This document shows, one piece after another, positions 46,332-56,615 of a stretch of DNA of 64,000 bases. The stretch lies in the IMG/VR virus record IMGVR_UViG_3300025897_000009. One strand, written 5' to 3'. A program made the position numbers and the translations under genes. Each line of letters starts with the position of its first letter. Positions within the stretch are counted from its first letter, which is position 1. The notes under the pieces are model-generated. The model saw only the letters and a program-made list of their open reading frames with translations, was not told where the DNA came from and searched no databases. This DNA comes from a virus.

Positions 46332-49300
46332 TCATTCTCCAGACACAACATGTGCTGAAAGAGAAAAATTAGTCTTATTATGCTTATGCTCATCCAATTG
46401 TTGTATTGTATAGTTAGCATAAGTGTGGTTTATATCAGCGATTCTTAATCCTTCAGAGGATGATGCCTCTGACATAAGAGAACCAAACTGATCTTCCATT
46501 ATGATATTATCTTCTTCTTCGTCTAAAATGTAGTAAGATATATCGTAAACTTGTTGTCTTTGTATAATATCAATCGTACGCACAGAGGGTCCAACTCTAG
46601 CAAATGTGACTAAAGTTTCTCCTGCGTTTTCTTGTAAGATAGGTTCGTCATTTTCACTGATGATTCTATCATTATCTTCAGACATAAGGTATTTAGATGT
46701 TTCGTAAGATCGCTCTGTGACGAAATATCCCTGTATCTCATTTACAGTTGCCTCTTCTAATCCCAGACGATCACCATCTTCTAATTGGATATTATCTCCA
46801 TGCTCTGCCAGATGATCATCTGGTGGCAAAATGGTAGAGGTTGTAATTAAGTTGGTATTGTTATTCTGGTTAATACCATTTTCCATACGCATGTTTCCAT
46901 GCTCTGGTTCAGGTAAGATATGCTCACCTGTTTCGAGTACCAATCGTTCTTCTTCGAACATAGATACTTGATAAACTTTTCCTTCTCTTGCTGGTCTCTT
47001 GATTCCATCTCTATTAAAGTAATCATGAGATCCTGAATCAATCGCAAGGGTTGTTGCTGTGGATGAACTTTGGTCTGTTCTAGTTCCTACTTGTGAGGAT
47101 GCGGAAGCGATTGATTGAACGATAAAGAGGTTTACATGTCGACTTCTCATTTCTGAGTCACCATATTCGGTGTTAGGTTCAGTAATAGATCCATCGGTTC
47201 TTGGATCAGTATTTACAACAGGAACACCTGCTGCTCGTAGTACTGGACTTTCGTCAGACACATCTGCACTTGCTGTAGGGATAATAACTTTAATATCATG
47301 CTTGGCATGCATCTTTGCCTCTGCCTCTACGATTCTTCGATAGAAGTCATCGGTATCTTCTACAATGTCAGTACCAACTACGAATCCTTGTCCTGTGACT
47401 TGATCATAAATAGTTGAACCTTCTTGATAGTATCTTTCTGCTCGTAATACACCACTGTCATCTTCTAGACCTACTGCATATTCGTTATTAATACCCTCTA
47501 TTTCATCGTACCATGTATTGTCTTCATAAACAATACCCAATGCGTCAACCTTAGACCCAATGTATAATGTAGGTACAAAAGAACGAGAGACATTCGTGCC
47601 ATCAAATATTCTGTTGTATATATTTGCTTGTGCATTAATATCAGATCGTATTGCTACTTCACCAAAGAAGATATGACCTGTCGGATGGACTAAGTCTTTG
47701 ACAATAGAACGATATCTATTAATAGATTCACCAACCTTGACCACATAAGAATGTGATTGGTAATAAAGTGAATCATGTATTGCCATTCCTGATGCATCGG
47801 TGTAACCATAATCGTTTAAGAAGTTTCCATCGATTTCAGTTTCCCCTGCTAAATTACCTCTCGCATTGAGAGGTCTATACTTAGCAACTTTGAGGGATTC
47901 ACTGCTAGAGAATGTACAAGTCTCACCTTCTAAGAATGGACCTGATATGTTTTTAACTTTTAATATATGTCGATTGCTATTATAATCGACAATGGTTGCT
48001 GTCACACCTGAAGTATCTCCTGTTAAAACTGTATCTCTAGTCGGAGTTGTACTTGGTGTGGTAACAAGCATCGTGACAATGGTATCGGCATCATCTAATA
48101 TACCACTCTCATCATACTTGTTTCCTGCATCTTGCATACGCAAGGATGCGATACCACCAATGTTATCGCCATGAGGTATAAGGATTGCACCTGTACCTGA
48201 TGTCACATTGTGGTTGATAATTGTTGCGGAAGTACCAGAGGTGCCTCCTGTAATTGTATCGGTTGCTGCGAATACATTAGCATCGGAACTTCTTCTTCCG
48301 ACCACCAAACGATTCAGTTCTGTGTCTACATACACGATAATACCTGTAGCACTTGCATCACTGCCTGTAATGACTTCACCTTTTTGGAATCCAGTCACAT
48401 CAGAAAAATACATAAACCCACCTGGATAAGCAAGAGGTGTAAATTGATATCCTGCTCCAGGAGAACTAATTTGAATAGATCTTATTTCTGTTTGGTTGGT
48501 ATCTAATCCAACGACAGATCCGTCTTCAAAAGTTAGGTTGTTAAAATAAGCATAGACTTCTATCTTATCATTGAGTGCTGCACCTGAGGATAATACGATC
48601 TTATTGGTGAAGACATTGTATCCTGAAGTAAGTTTTACATCATTCTGATAGACTACCACTGTGGCAGAATCAAATGCCATCATCTGATGTAAGTCATCAT
48701 GTCCTTCGAAGATGGTTTGTCCATTTGTTGCTGTGAATTTAAAATGACCCCATTGTGTACCAGATTCTAATAAAATCTGATCTCCGATTGATTCTATTTG
48801 TGCGAAAGCACCAGAACCCATCGTAGACGAATCATCAAATATAACTAAGTCTCCAGTGGAATAACCAGAACCTCCGTCCTCAACATAGACTTCAGTCACA
48901 CCACCAGAGGTTAATCCGTTAATCTGAGCAGTTGCATCAACTGCATCGTCTCCGATTGCGGAAGAAAAATTAATTTGATCAGAGATACTATAATTAGAAC
49001 CAGCATCCCCTCCTTCGAGATATAAACCTGAACCTGTGTCACCCTCTAATAGGATTCTATCTCCATCGGCATCAGATAAATAGGTAGAACTTTCATCGAC
49101 ATTAATGCCACTGACTACTCCACGCAAAACACCTGTCGTAACAGTATTGTCATCTCTATTAATAAAAGATACTGCATCACCCACAGCAAAAGTGCCAAGG
49201 TGATTGATTGAGATCTCACAACGATACGCAGTTTCATCCCCTGCTGTAAAGTATACATTCTCAATGATCGCTTCTGCTTCTATGGTCACCCCATCGGCAG

Positions 49301-50105
49301 CATATCGCACCACTTTACCATTGTTGGGTGGTTGCCCTTCGGCAACATATGCTTGTATGATGTTAGGTTCTATCCAAGATGAATCGGATGCGTGTAGAGT
49401 ATTCTCAATAGGATATGCAACTTCTGCATCCTGTTGATATAAGATACGCATGAGGAACTCTAATGATTCTTTAGTTCCTTTGCGTTGGTATAAATCTTTG
49501 ACATGCTTAATGAGTAATCGTTTATCTGCAGATACAGAGAAGTCGATACTCGGCATGAAGTCTTGTTGGAAGAAAGTAAGGAATGATCCTATGGTCGTAT
49601 CAATATCTGCATATTTAAGCAGATTATTATTTGCTGCGATACTGTTTTCTTGGAAACTTGCAATGACACCTTGTTGCTGAGAGGTTCTACCGATAATAGT
49701 CTCTCCTGGTTCAAAAGTTCTAGAGTTAATTTCTTCTATGTATATTTTGCTGTCAGCGACAACACGAATCTTTGCGAGTGCACCAGAGGCATTACCAAAG
49801 ATATATTCTCCATTAATAAAAGCAGTCGCACCAATGTTATCATTGTTGGAGTTTTGCTCTGCTACTATTTTTGATTTCGCAGTCGGAGTCGGAGCAGTGG
49901 TCGCATCTTCAAATAAGACCGATCCTGTCTCTGCCTCTAGACTTAAGAAATCTAGTTCTTCTTCAGACTTGAGAGTGAGAACCCCACTCTCAAGAAATTC
50001 GAAGTATGCTTTTAAGAAGGCAAGTAATCCATCAGACTCCTCTTGGACGAATCCAGGGAGGAGTCTGGTTATTTGATTAGAAAACTTGTCTACTGAAAAA
50101 GGCAT
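46332..50105 (-). CDS. gp7: Baseplate wedge initiator
   Basis: FLKAYFEFLE, KDLYQRKGTKES, HDSLYYQSHSYVVK, LVHPTG; between gp6 and gp8. Confidence 0.8.
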   Translation of the reverse strand: MPFSVDKFSNQITRLLPGFVQEESDGLLAFLKAYFEFLESGVLTLKSEEELDFLSLEAETGSVLFEDATTAPTPTAKSKIVAEQNSNNDNIGATAFINGEYIFGNASGALAKIRVVADSKIYIEEINSRTFEPGETIIGRTSQQQGVIASFQENSIAANNNLLKYADIDTTIGSFLTFFQQDFMPSIDFSVSADKRLLIKHVKDLYQRKGTKESLEFLMRILYQQDAEVAYPIENTLHASDSSWIEPNIIQAYVAEGQPPNNGKVVRYAADGVTIEAEAIIENVYFTAGDETAYRCEISINHLGTFAVGDAVSFINRDDNTVTTGVLRGVVSGINVDESSTYLSDADGDRILLEGDTGSGLYLEGGDAGSNYSISDQINFSSAIGDDAVDATAQINGLTSGGVTEVYVEDGGSGYSTGDLVIFDDSSTMGSGAFAQIESIGDQILLESGTQWGHFKFTATNGQTIFEGHDDLHQMMAFDSATVVVYQNDVKLTSGYNVFTNKIVLSSGAALNDKIEVYAYFNNLTFEDGSVVGLDTNQTEIRSIQISSPGAGYQFTPLAYPGGFMYFSDVTGFQKGEVITGSDASATGIIVYVDTELNRLVVGRRSSDANVFAATDTITGGTSGTSATIINHNVTSGTGAILIPHGDNIGGIASLRMQDAGNKYDESGILDDADTIVTMLVTTPSTTPTRDTVLTGDTSGVTATIVDYNSNRHILKVKNISGPFLEGETCTFSSSESLKVAKYRPLNARGNLAGETEIDGNFLNDYGYTDASGMAIHDSLYYQSHSYVVKVGESINRYRSIVKDLVHPTGHIFFGEVAIRSDINAQANIYNRIFDGTNVSRSFVPTLYIGSKVDALGIVYEDNTWYDEIEGINNEYAVGLEDDSGVLRAERYYQEGSTIYDQVTGQGFVVGTDIVEDTDDFYRRIVEAEAKMHAKHDIKVIIPTASADVSDESPVLRAAGVPVVNTDPRTDGSITEPNTEYGDSEMRSRHVNLFIVQSIASASSQVGTRTDQSSSTATTLAIDSGSHDYFNRDGIKRPAREGKVYQVSMFEEERLVLETGEHILPEPEHGNMRMENGINQNNNTNLITTSTILPPDDHLAEHGDNIQLEDGDRLGLEEATVNEIQGYFVTERSYETSKYLMSEDNDRIISENDEPILQENAGETLVTFARVGPSVRTIDIIQRQQVYDISYYILDEEEDNIIMEDQFGSLMSEASSSEGLRIADINHTYANYTIQQLDEHKHNKTNFSLSAHVVSGE

Positions 50106-50106
50106 A

Positions 50107-50589
50107 TTATGCTACTGTTGCACCATAGTTTGCAACGACATACCATTTGCTTCCGTTCCAGAACAAGAGTGTGAACTCACCAACTGCATCAAATGTGAGT
50201 TGGTTAGTTGCAGTTCCTGTAGAACCAAAGTTCGTGACTGTAATTACAGCAGTTGAACTTGTGGAAGGAGCAGTCGTCATACCGATTATTTTTAATTGAC
50301 CTGTGTTTGATCCATCGCCCAATGTACCTGTAGCAGTCGTTGATGATGCTGCAGCATTCAAGTCATACAATGTTGTGAACTCAGTATTGAGGTCAGCACT
50401 TGCATTACCTGTGTATGTGGTAAGATCATCAGATGCTAAAAATGTAGGGATATTTTCAAACAATTGGTTAATTGTCATTTTTTTGTTGACAGGTGTTCCA
50501 CCTGGATCGTCAACAATGTGTAGTAAATCTGCACCACCGATGTCTGAGTTAGACACTTGGGTCAATGCAGTTATTTTTTTATCTGCCAT
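50107..50589 (-). CDS. Virion structural protein
   Basis: MADKKITAL N-terminus; WNGSKWYVV C-terminus; good SD. Confidence 0.65.
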   Translation of the reverse strand: MADKKITALTQVSNSDIGGADLLHIVDDPGGTPVNKKMTINQLFENIPTFLASDDLTTYTGNASADLNTEFTTLYDLNAAASSTTATGTLGDGSNTGQLKIIGMTTAPSTSSTAVITVTNFGSTGTATNQLTFDAVGEFTLLFWNGSKWYVVANYGATVA

Positions 50590-50657
50590 TTTATTCTCCT
50601 AAAATTAAAATCCTCTTTCGAGGGAAACTACTTGCGGGACTCGCACCACTTTATTCA

Positions 50658-52529
50658 TTATGTGGAGTATGATGTCACGGATGAATATCCGACACCAGCA
50701 CTCGATTCACCACTTGCGATGGTGTCTGCTTCACCTGTCACTGTTATCAAACCTTGTTTAATATCAATGAGTTGTCCTCGAGTCGCAGTTACATCATAAC
50801 TGTTTGGGACGATGGTGAAGTAAATTGATTTATCAGTGTTAGATGTACCTGTTACAATGATTCCGTTGATGGTAATTTTTCCTGTGGTGTAATCAATCGT
50901 TCCTGCTGTAGGATCGGAATACACACGTGTAGAACCAGAGAAGTAATATCTTCTCAAATTACCAGCACCATCATCATCAAAGTAATAAGTTGTTACACTA
51001 TCACCTGATATTTTAAATCCTGTAGAAACCAAAATTCCTCCTGTCGTACTTGCATGTCCACTGTGCGGATGATAGAGTGCATTACCAAAGTTGAGAGTGT
51101 ATCCCAACGAAGTATTGAGGGTTGGTTTCAATGTTTTTCTCAGTTTAACTGTTGTGACATTTGATAAGATACTTGGATCCGTGGCATCAATGTCTTTCGA
51201 CAAGTTAGATGATCGGAACACCGCATCAAATCCATTAAGATTGTTGGTATCAAATGTTGTAATAGTAGAGGTCACTAGAGATTCTAGTTCTCCCTTGGAA
51301 ACTGTTGCTGTTCTTGGATTGTATTTAAAGGTAGATTTAATTAATATATCTATTACTTCCGCATCTACAATCACAGGTCGAACAGTGAGCATGTTCAAGT
51401 CACGCAAACGAGACTTGATCACATCTTTTTCATTTTCACTTAAATAATCTGAATTAATAGGTTTAATGGTTAAAAAGATTTTGCCATACTCTGGTGGATC
51501 ATTATCTTCTCCACCCCATATTGCTATCGCATCTGCGTTAGGATAAAACTCAGTGACCTTTGCTTTATAGTCATTGAGAGTCACCAAACGATTTTGCGAT
51601 GAATAAAACTTGGATGCTTTAAATTTAATTGACTCAATGCTTTCGTTCTCTGCACCACCATAAGCAGTGGTCACATTGGTCACGATTGCATTAGAGAATC
51701 CATTGATCGCATCAATCAATGAAAATACTTTAGCACCATTGGCATGAACTGTATCCACAACAATGTAAGTTGCTGTAATCACATCTCCGTCTTTAGGAGA
51801 TAATCCAATGGTGTTGTCACCAAAATATATTTCGGTGAATCCTTCATCATTTTCTTGCGTAAAGAATACTGTTGAAGTTGTGGTAATACTGGAAAGATCC
51901 CCTGCTTTCGTCCAACCTGTGGTCACACTGTCGCTGTTCACAGACAGTGAGATAGAACCTGCATCCACTCTTTCGTTGCTGAGTTTAAATTTAGGATTTG
52001 AAAGTTGACTATCGTACACATAAGTATCCGTGACATATGTACCTTGTTTTAAAGGGATGCTGCTGTATGTATAGGTGGAACCATTTTGTGTAGGAGTGAC
52101 CGATGAAGTCACCACAAAGTTATAAGTAGAACTGTCAAACACAGTAGAGAATCGAGATCCTCGTACCAGAGTCATCTCACTCAAGGATGGATAAGAACCA
52201 TCGGCACTGCGGACATTCAGCAGTTGCATCTCAAACTGTGAGGATGCACCTGAATATGAAGTCGGCACATATCCTAACTCTTTGGCTCTACTGATCACAT
52301 TCTTTCTCAACTGTGCAGTTTCTAAAAATAATTCAGATGCTGCCAAGTTGGTATTAAATGCTGAGATGTGTGAGTTATATGCTAAGAGATCGATCAGGAT
52401 ACTCAGTGTAGAACCTTCAAAGTCATAGTCTTTCAGTGTGCTTTGACCTTTGAGGAACTCTTTCAGATTATCTGATATATTCTCGAAGTCAGTTTCTGTT
52501 ACATTGAGGGATGAACTGTTGATCGCCAT
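50658..52529 (-). CDS. gp6: Baseplate wedge subunit
   Basis: DYDFEGS, LLAYN, AKELGYVP, YFGDN, QNRLVTLNDY, WGGEDNDPPEYGK. Confidence 0.95.
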   Translation of the reverse strand: MAINSSSLNVTETDFENISDNLKEFLKGQSTLKDYDFEGSTLSILIDLLAYNSHISAFNTNLAASELFLETAQLRKNVISRAKELGYVPTSYSGASSQFEMQLLNVRSADGSYPSLSEMTLVRGSRFSTVFDSSTYNFVVTSSVTPTQNGSTYTYSSIPLKQGTYVTDTYVYDSQLSNPKFKLSNERVDAGSISLSVNSDSVTTGWTKAGDLSSITTTSTVFFTQENDEGFTEIYFGDNTIGLSPKDGDVITATYIVVDTVHANGAKVFSLIDAINGFSNAIVTNVTTAYGGAENESIESIKFKASKFYSSQNRLVTLNDYKAKVTEFYPNADAIAIWGGEDNDPPEYGKIFLTIKPINSDYLSENEKDVIKSRLRDLNMLTVRPVIVDAEVIDILIKSTFKYNPRTATVSKGELESLVTSTITTFDTNNLNGFDAVFRSSNLSKDIDATDPSILSNVTTVKLRKTLKPTLNTSLGYTLNFGNALYHPHSGHASTTGGILVSTGFKISGDSVTTYYFDDDGAGNLRRYYFSGSTRVYSDPTAGTIDYTTGKITINGIIVTGTSNTDKSIYFTIVPNSYDVTATRGQLIDIKQGLITVTGEADTIASGESSAGVGYSSVTSYST

Positions 52530-52537
52530 GTTATTTC

Positions 52538-52960
52538 CTATCTGATTCTATTGAGTATTATATCCAACTGTTGGGGTCTTGGATCATTTGTTATATCATA
52601 ATATATTGACACTGCCAATTCGTTGCTGTCTAGGGTGTCTTCACTCGCAACAATTTTTATATTATCAATACGAGGTTCAAAGTTGCGGAGCAGTTTCTTA
52701 ATGCGTAGTTCGATTTCATCTATCAGATCCTCCCCTGTTAACTCAAATAAGAGTCCTCGGATGTTCGCTCCGATTCCAGGTTTAAAGGGTCTTTCAAAGT
52801 TGTCTGTCAACACAAGGTTCTTGACTGCTCGTCGAATGGCATCAGAGTCACTCTTAAGATTCACGTCTCGAGTCACTGGGTTCGCACCAAATTTAAGATC
52901 TAGATCGGTAAAGTATTTCTTCGCGACATTCTTACCTTTGTTTACTATTTCAGTTGCCAT
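52538..52960 (-). CDS. gp25: Baseplate wedge / sheath initiator
   Basis: DLDLKF..NP, AIRRAVKNLVLT..ERPF, FEPRI; late promoter at 52967-52974. Confidence 0.92.
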   Translation of the reverse strand: MATEIVNKGKNVAKKYFTDLDLKFGANPVTRDVNLKSDSDAIRRAVKNLVLTDNFERPFKPGIGANIRGLLFELTGEDLIDEIELRIKKLLRNFEPRIDNIKIVASEDTLDSNELAVSIYYDITNDPRPQQLDIILNRIR

Positions 52961-53018
52961 ATCAGTTATTTATACAGTTTGTATGGATTTACTCAAGAGA
53001 TTATACATGAAAACCCAT

Positions 53019-54173
53019 CTATTTGGGTTTGGATACATCTTTACCATCACCCTGTTCAGTATGGACATGAGTTGACAGTTCTATCTCTTTACCTGTCACT
53101 TCACCCTGAGCAACTATATTTTTTGTTACTGTGACTTCCCCATCGATCGCGATCGTAGGAGCAGTCATGCTAATATCTTCGGTGGATGTAATGGTTGTTG
53201 AACCTCCGATCGTGGCGGAAACATTGCCTCCAACATGTATGCTGGCATCACCTGTTTGCACATTAATAGTGATATTACCAGACTCAACATGGAGTGTCGC
53301 ATTGCCACCAATATATACATTTTCATCTTTACAAATTACCTCATAATGATCATTGACATGACGATAAATACTATCCCCTGTGTTTGTGATCTCATTATAT
53401 GTACCACTGCGATGGAAATTCACAATGTGTTCCCTACCTACAGTGTCATCTATTTCAAAATAATGTCCTGATTCCGTCTCGAGTGTTTTATTAAATGGAT
53501 ATTTGGGTTTGATGGTATTGTCTGCTGGTAGTGTAAACCCAACTGTCTCTGGAAGTGTGGTTGCTTTATAGTCTGGTCGTATCGTGGTGTGAGACTTTTC
53601 ATTGACAGAGGTGATATCCCTGTATCTAGGATAATAAGGTAGATCATCCTGAGTCAGAGTCTTTTCCGTAATCGTAGATCCTGTGCCATCGGTGAGTATC
53701 TCGACTGACTCAGGTGTTTTCGGTGCATCCTCTAAGGATTGGGATAATCCCCAAGATCTTGTAGGATCTTGTACTGGAGCCACTCCATCTGGAGTGTCGA
53801 CATAATCTGCTGCTGTGAGTCGACGTGGATCATTAAATCCATCTTCGATGGTGGGAGTAATTAAATTGCCTTGTATATCTGCTCGCGATCCTGAGGAGGG
53901 AATACCCAATGTAGAACCTAACACAATAAAGTTCTGTCGGAGATCATCAATAAAACATCCGATCACTGTTGAACCTTCTACCAACCCATGGACTGTATGT
54001 CCTAATCCACTGAGGGATGCTTCGGTGTTCGGCATCATGACCTGACTCCAAGGTAAGTCGGGAGTTGCTATTTGTTGCTTATCATGAGTGTGTACTCCAT
54101 GCACACGCACACGCACTCTCCCTACTTTGAGAGGATCGTTGCGGTCTTCGACCATGCCATAATAAAATTCCAT
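53019..54173 (-). CDS. gp5: Central spike protein (OB-fold plus beta-helix, no lysozyme domain, HxH tip)
   Basis: GMVEDRNDPLKVGRVRVR, LPW, YPFN..ETESGHYFEIDDT..HRSG, C-terminal LSTHVH. Confidence 0.9.
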   Translation of the reverse strand: MEFYYGMVEDRNDPLKVGRVRVRVHGVHTHDKQQIATPDLPWSQVMMPNTEASLSGLGHTVHGLVEGSTVIGCFIDDLRQNFIVLGSTLGIPSSGSRADIQGNLITPTIEDGFNDPRRLTAADYVDTPDGVAPVQDPTRSWGLSQSLEDAPKTPESVEILTDGTGSTITEKTLTQDDLPYYPRYRDITSVNEKSHTTIRPDYKATTLPETVGFTLPADNTIKPKYPFNKTLETESGHYFEIDDTVGREHIVNFHRSGTYNEITNTGDSIYRHVNDHYEVICKDENVYIGGNATLHVESGNITINVQTGDASIHVGGNVSATIGGSTTITSTEDISMTAPTIAIDGEVTVTKNIVAQGEVTGKEIELSTHVHTEQGDGKDVSKPK

Positions 54174-54182
54174 CGTGCCTCC

Positions 54183-55634
54183 TTAATCAGATCTATACGC
54201 ATCCGACACTGCGATCTCTGCGTCTTCAATTTTTGCTGCAATAGATTCTTTCACACATTCTAGATGACAGAAAGACTCCTTGCTAGCAACTTTAAATTCA
54301 TATTTAATCCCTGTAATGAGAAACTTGCTGTCGTCAAAGGGATTCTCTATTTTATTATCATCCACTTGAGTCAGTGGAATCTCTGCATGTAGCATTAAAC
54401 CACATTGAATATCTGTCCTGCCTGGAATGGATATCCGAGTCATGTTCTGATGTAGCATTTTTTCTAGAGCATTGCGTTCAAAAGATTCTGAAGACCCATG
54501 ATTAAAGTCAATGTCTCGGAAAGTATCTGAGGATGCATAGTCTGCATTGACACCAAATTTATGATTCATGTCGATAGAATTTTTAAAATAGGCATCAAAA
54601 GATTTATGCAAATTGGTATCAAAATCCACTTCTCTATAATCAGGTGGAGTATCCTCATCCACGACCTCTCCTCCCTCAATGATCTTTTCAAATTCATCAT
54701 CGACTCTGAGTTGTACATATCCACTGTGATGACCTTTGGGATTGCGAGCATATACTTCGCTCAAGTCAAAGATGACCTCGCTGGATATTTGTGTGATCTG
54801 GTCATAAGAGTTCTTTCGACCTGCATATGCACCTGTCGCCATACCCTCAGCGACATCAAATCGCTTCGGTGTAGTGACTGCTAATATCTGTGAGTTCTTA
54901 CCTGACTCTTTATTTTCTAGAGTGCTTTCCTCTATTTTATTCTGTCTTGCGATATTATAAGTAAACTCAATCGGATATTCCTGTTGCATCATGGTGTCGA
55001 TAGAACAGAAACGAAATCCACCATTGACTGTCTGATAAAAGAAGAAAGGATTCGCCCAAGATGCCCCACTGTCCATGGTCAATGCCTCGGAAGTGAGTTT
55101 TGAGACTGTTTCATGTACTGTTAAATTAGGCACCACGACCTGTAGATTGTCAGGTTTACTCTCTTCGAATAAATCAAACTCTTCTTTGGATATATGTGCC
55201 TTGTCAATACATAGATTGGCAATGATGTCAGAGATAGAACCTCTGTAAGTGGTAGAGATCCTTGCCTTGCGTGTAAAGAACATACGAGGATCGACTAAAT
55301 GAATCAGATAAGTATACAGAGTGCTTGAGACCTTCTCTACCTGTGTGATCTTATAGATACGCAGGTTCTTATCAATGGTAAAAGTCTTGGCTGCTTCTTC
55401 GCCAGTGCCTTCGTACTGAGATATATTTAAATGAATATATTCCTGTCCAAAGAGTCGAAATCGTTCTAATATATTCAGACCATCAAAGACTCTCAGAGTT
55501 CCAGTGATAAAGGTCTCGAATATATTTTCATAGAGATCGATCTGACCCACTTGAGAAGCAATGTCCACCGTCTCACCCTCTGGATTCGCCAGAGTGATGC
55601 AATGTACTTGGAACTGCCCTCGTTGTGTGCTCAT
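54183..55634 (-). CDS. Baseplate hub / tail protein (gp27-like)
   Basis: IDLYENIF, FFFYQT..GF, IPG, FLITGI motifs; upstream of gp5. Confidence 0.65.
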   Translation of the reverse strand: MSTQRGQFQVHCITLANPEGETVDIASQVGQIDLYENIFETFITGTLRVFDGLNILERFRLFGQEYIHLNISQYEGTGEEAAKTFTIDKNLRIYKITQVEKVSSTLYTYLIHLVDPRMFFTRKARISTTYRGSISDIIANLCIDKAHISKEEFDLFEESKPDNLQVVVPNLTVHETVSKLTSEALTMDSGASWANPFFFYQTVNGGFRFCSIDTMMQQEYPIEFTYNIARQNKIEESTLENKESGKNSQILAVTTPKRFDVAEGMATGAYAGRKNSYDQITQISSEVIFDLSEVYARNPKGHHSGYVQLRVDDEFEKIIEGGEVVDEDTPPDYREVDFDTNLHKSFDAYFKNSIDMNHKFGVNADYASSDTFRDIDFNHGSSESFERNALEKMLHQNMTRISIPGRTDIQCGLMLHAEIPLTQVDDNKIENPFDDSKFLITGIKYEFKVASKESFCHLECVKESIAAKIEDAEIAVSDAYRSD

Positions 55635-55865
55635 TTATAAACTAAGGGATTCGGGAGTGATTTGTACTGGAGACCAGACATATGCAATGTTGCGTCGATC
55701 CAGTTCTACGATGCATTTTCTGCGTTGCTTGGGTTTGCATCGTTCTTCGCCATTAATATACTTTAACAACATCTCAGTGGTTTCTTGTTTCATATAATAA
55801 TGAGTTGTTTTAAATGATCCGTCTTTTTGTCGAACGATATCACTCTTTTTAAATTTCATGGGCAT
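55635..55865 (-). CDS. Small basic hypothetical protein
   Basis: THYY..KPKQRRKCIVELDRR; in operon. Confidence 0.55.
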   Translation of the reverse strand: MPMKFKKSDIVRQKDGSFKTTHYYMKQETTEMLLKYINGEERCKPKQRRKCIVELDRRNIAYVWSPVQITPESLSL

Positions 55866-55876
55866 AATATATTTTC

Positions 55877-56602
55877 CTATATTGATATAATTGATTCAAA
55901 TTCTCTGACAACCTGTCGTACGAAACGAGGTTCGATCACTTTAATTTGTCTTTTCATCTCATTCTCTTCGCGTTCATGCTCAATGTTTGAGACTGGAGTG
56001 TTGGTTGCGTTATCCGTGTTAGAGAGTGCACCAGAAGTCTCCGCATAGTGATGTACTGCATCGCGATGCTCAGAGGTGGATTGCAAGGTAAATGACTTTC
56101 CAGAAGTATTGCCTGTGATGGTATTGCCAGCGACACATCTATTTAGATCATCATAGATGACAACAATGCGTTTCAGAGTGGCATTGACTTCACAAATCGT
56201 GCCTTTTGCTCCATTGGATGAGGTAATACCCTCACCGACTGCAAACTTAGAAGTTGCAGACACAATATCGGTTGTATTCGTCGCATTCAGCACGAATCCA
56301 GGATACTTTGTGGTCATAAATGCATCAAAAATGGATGTATCTCGATACCAGTCATTCACGGATCCTAAGAAGTCATTGACTAAAAAGAATGTCCAATATA
56401 AATCTCCATCCCCATACAGTCGACTCGCGACCACATCGGGACGATCTCCCTCTTGTATCTCATAGACCGTGTATTGAATAATAGAATCAATTTTATTCGT
56501 CTCAATCTTTGCTTTACGAAAGAAATCTTTGATGGTGGTAAAGTTACCATCTGCGAACTCATATTGAATGTCAGGGAAGTTTGCGAAATATTTATTTGCC
56601 AT
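55877..56602 (-). CDS. gp53: Baseplate wedge protein (LysM-like)
   Basis: YFANFP, GDRPDVVASRLYGD..YW, ENEMKRQIKVI. Confidence 0.9.
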   Translation of the reverse strand: MANKYFANFPDIQYEFADGNFTTIKDFFRKAKIETNKIDSIIQYTVYEIQEGDRPDVVASRLYGDGDLYWTFFLVNDFLGSVNDWYRDTSIFDAFMTTKYPGFVLNATNTTDIVSATSKFAVGEGITSSNGAKGTICEVNATLKRIVVIYDDLNRCVAGNTITGNTSGKSFTLQSTSEHRDAVHHYAETSGALSNTDNATNTPVSNIEHEREENEMKRQIKVIEPRFVRQVVREFESIISI

Positions 56603-56615
56603 GGTGTTTCTTGCC

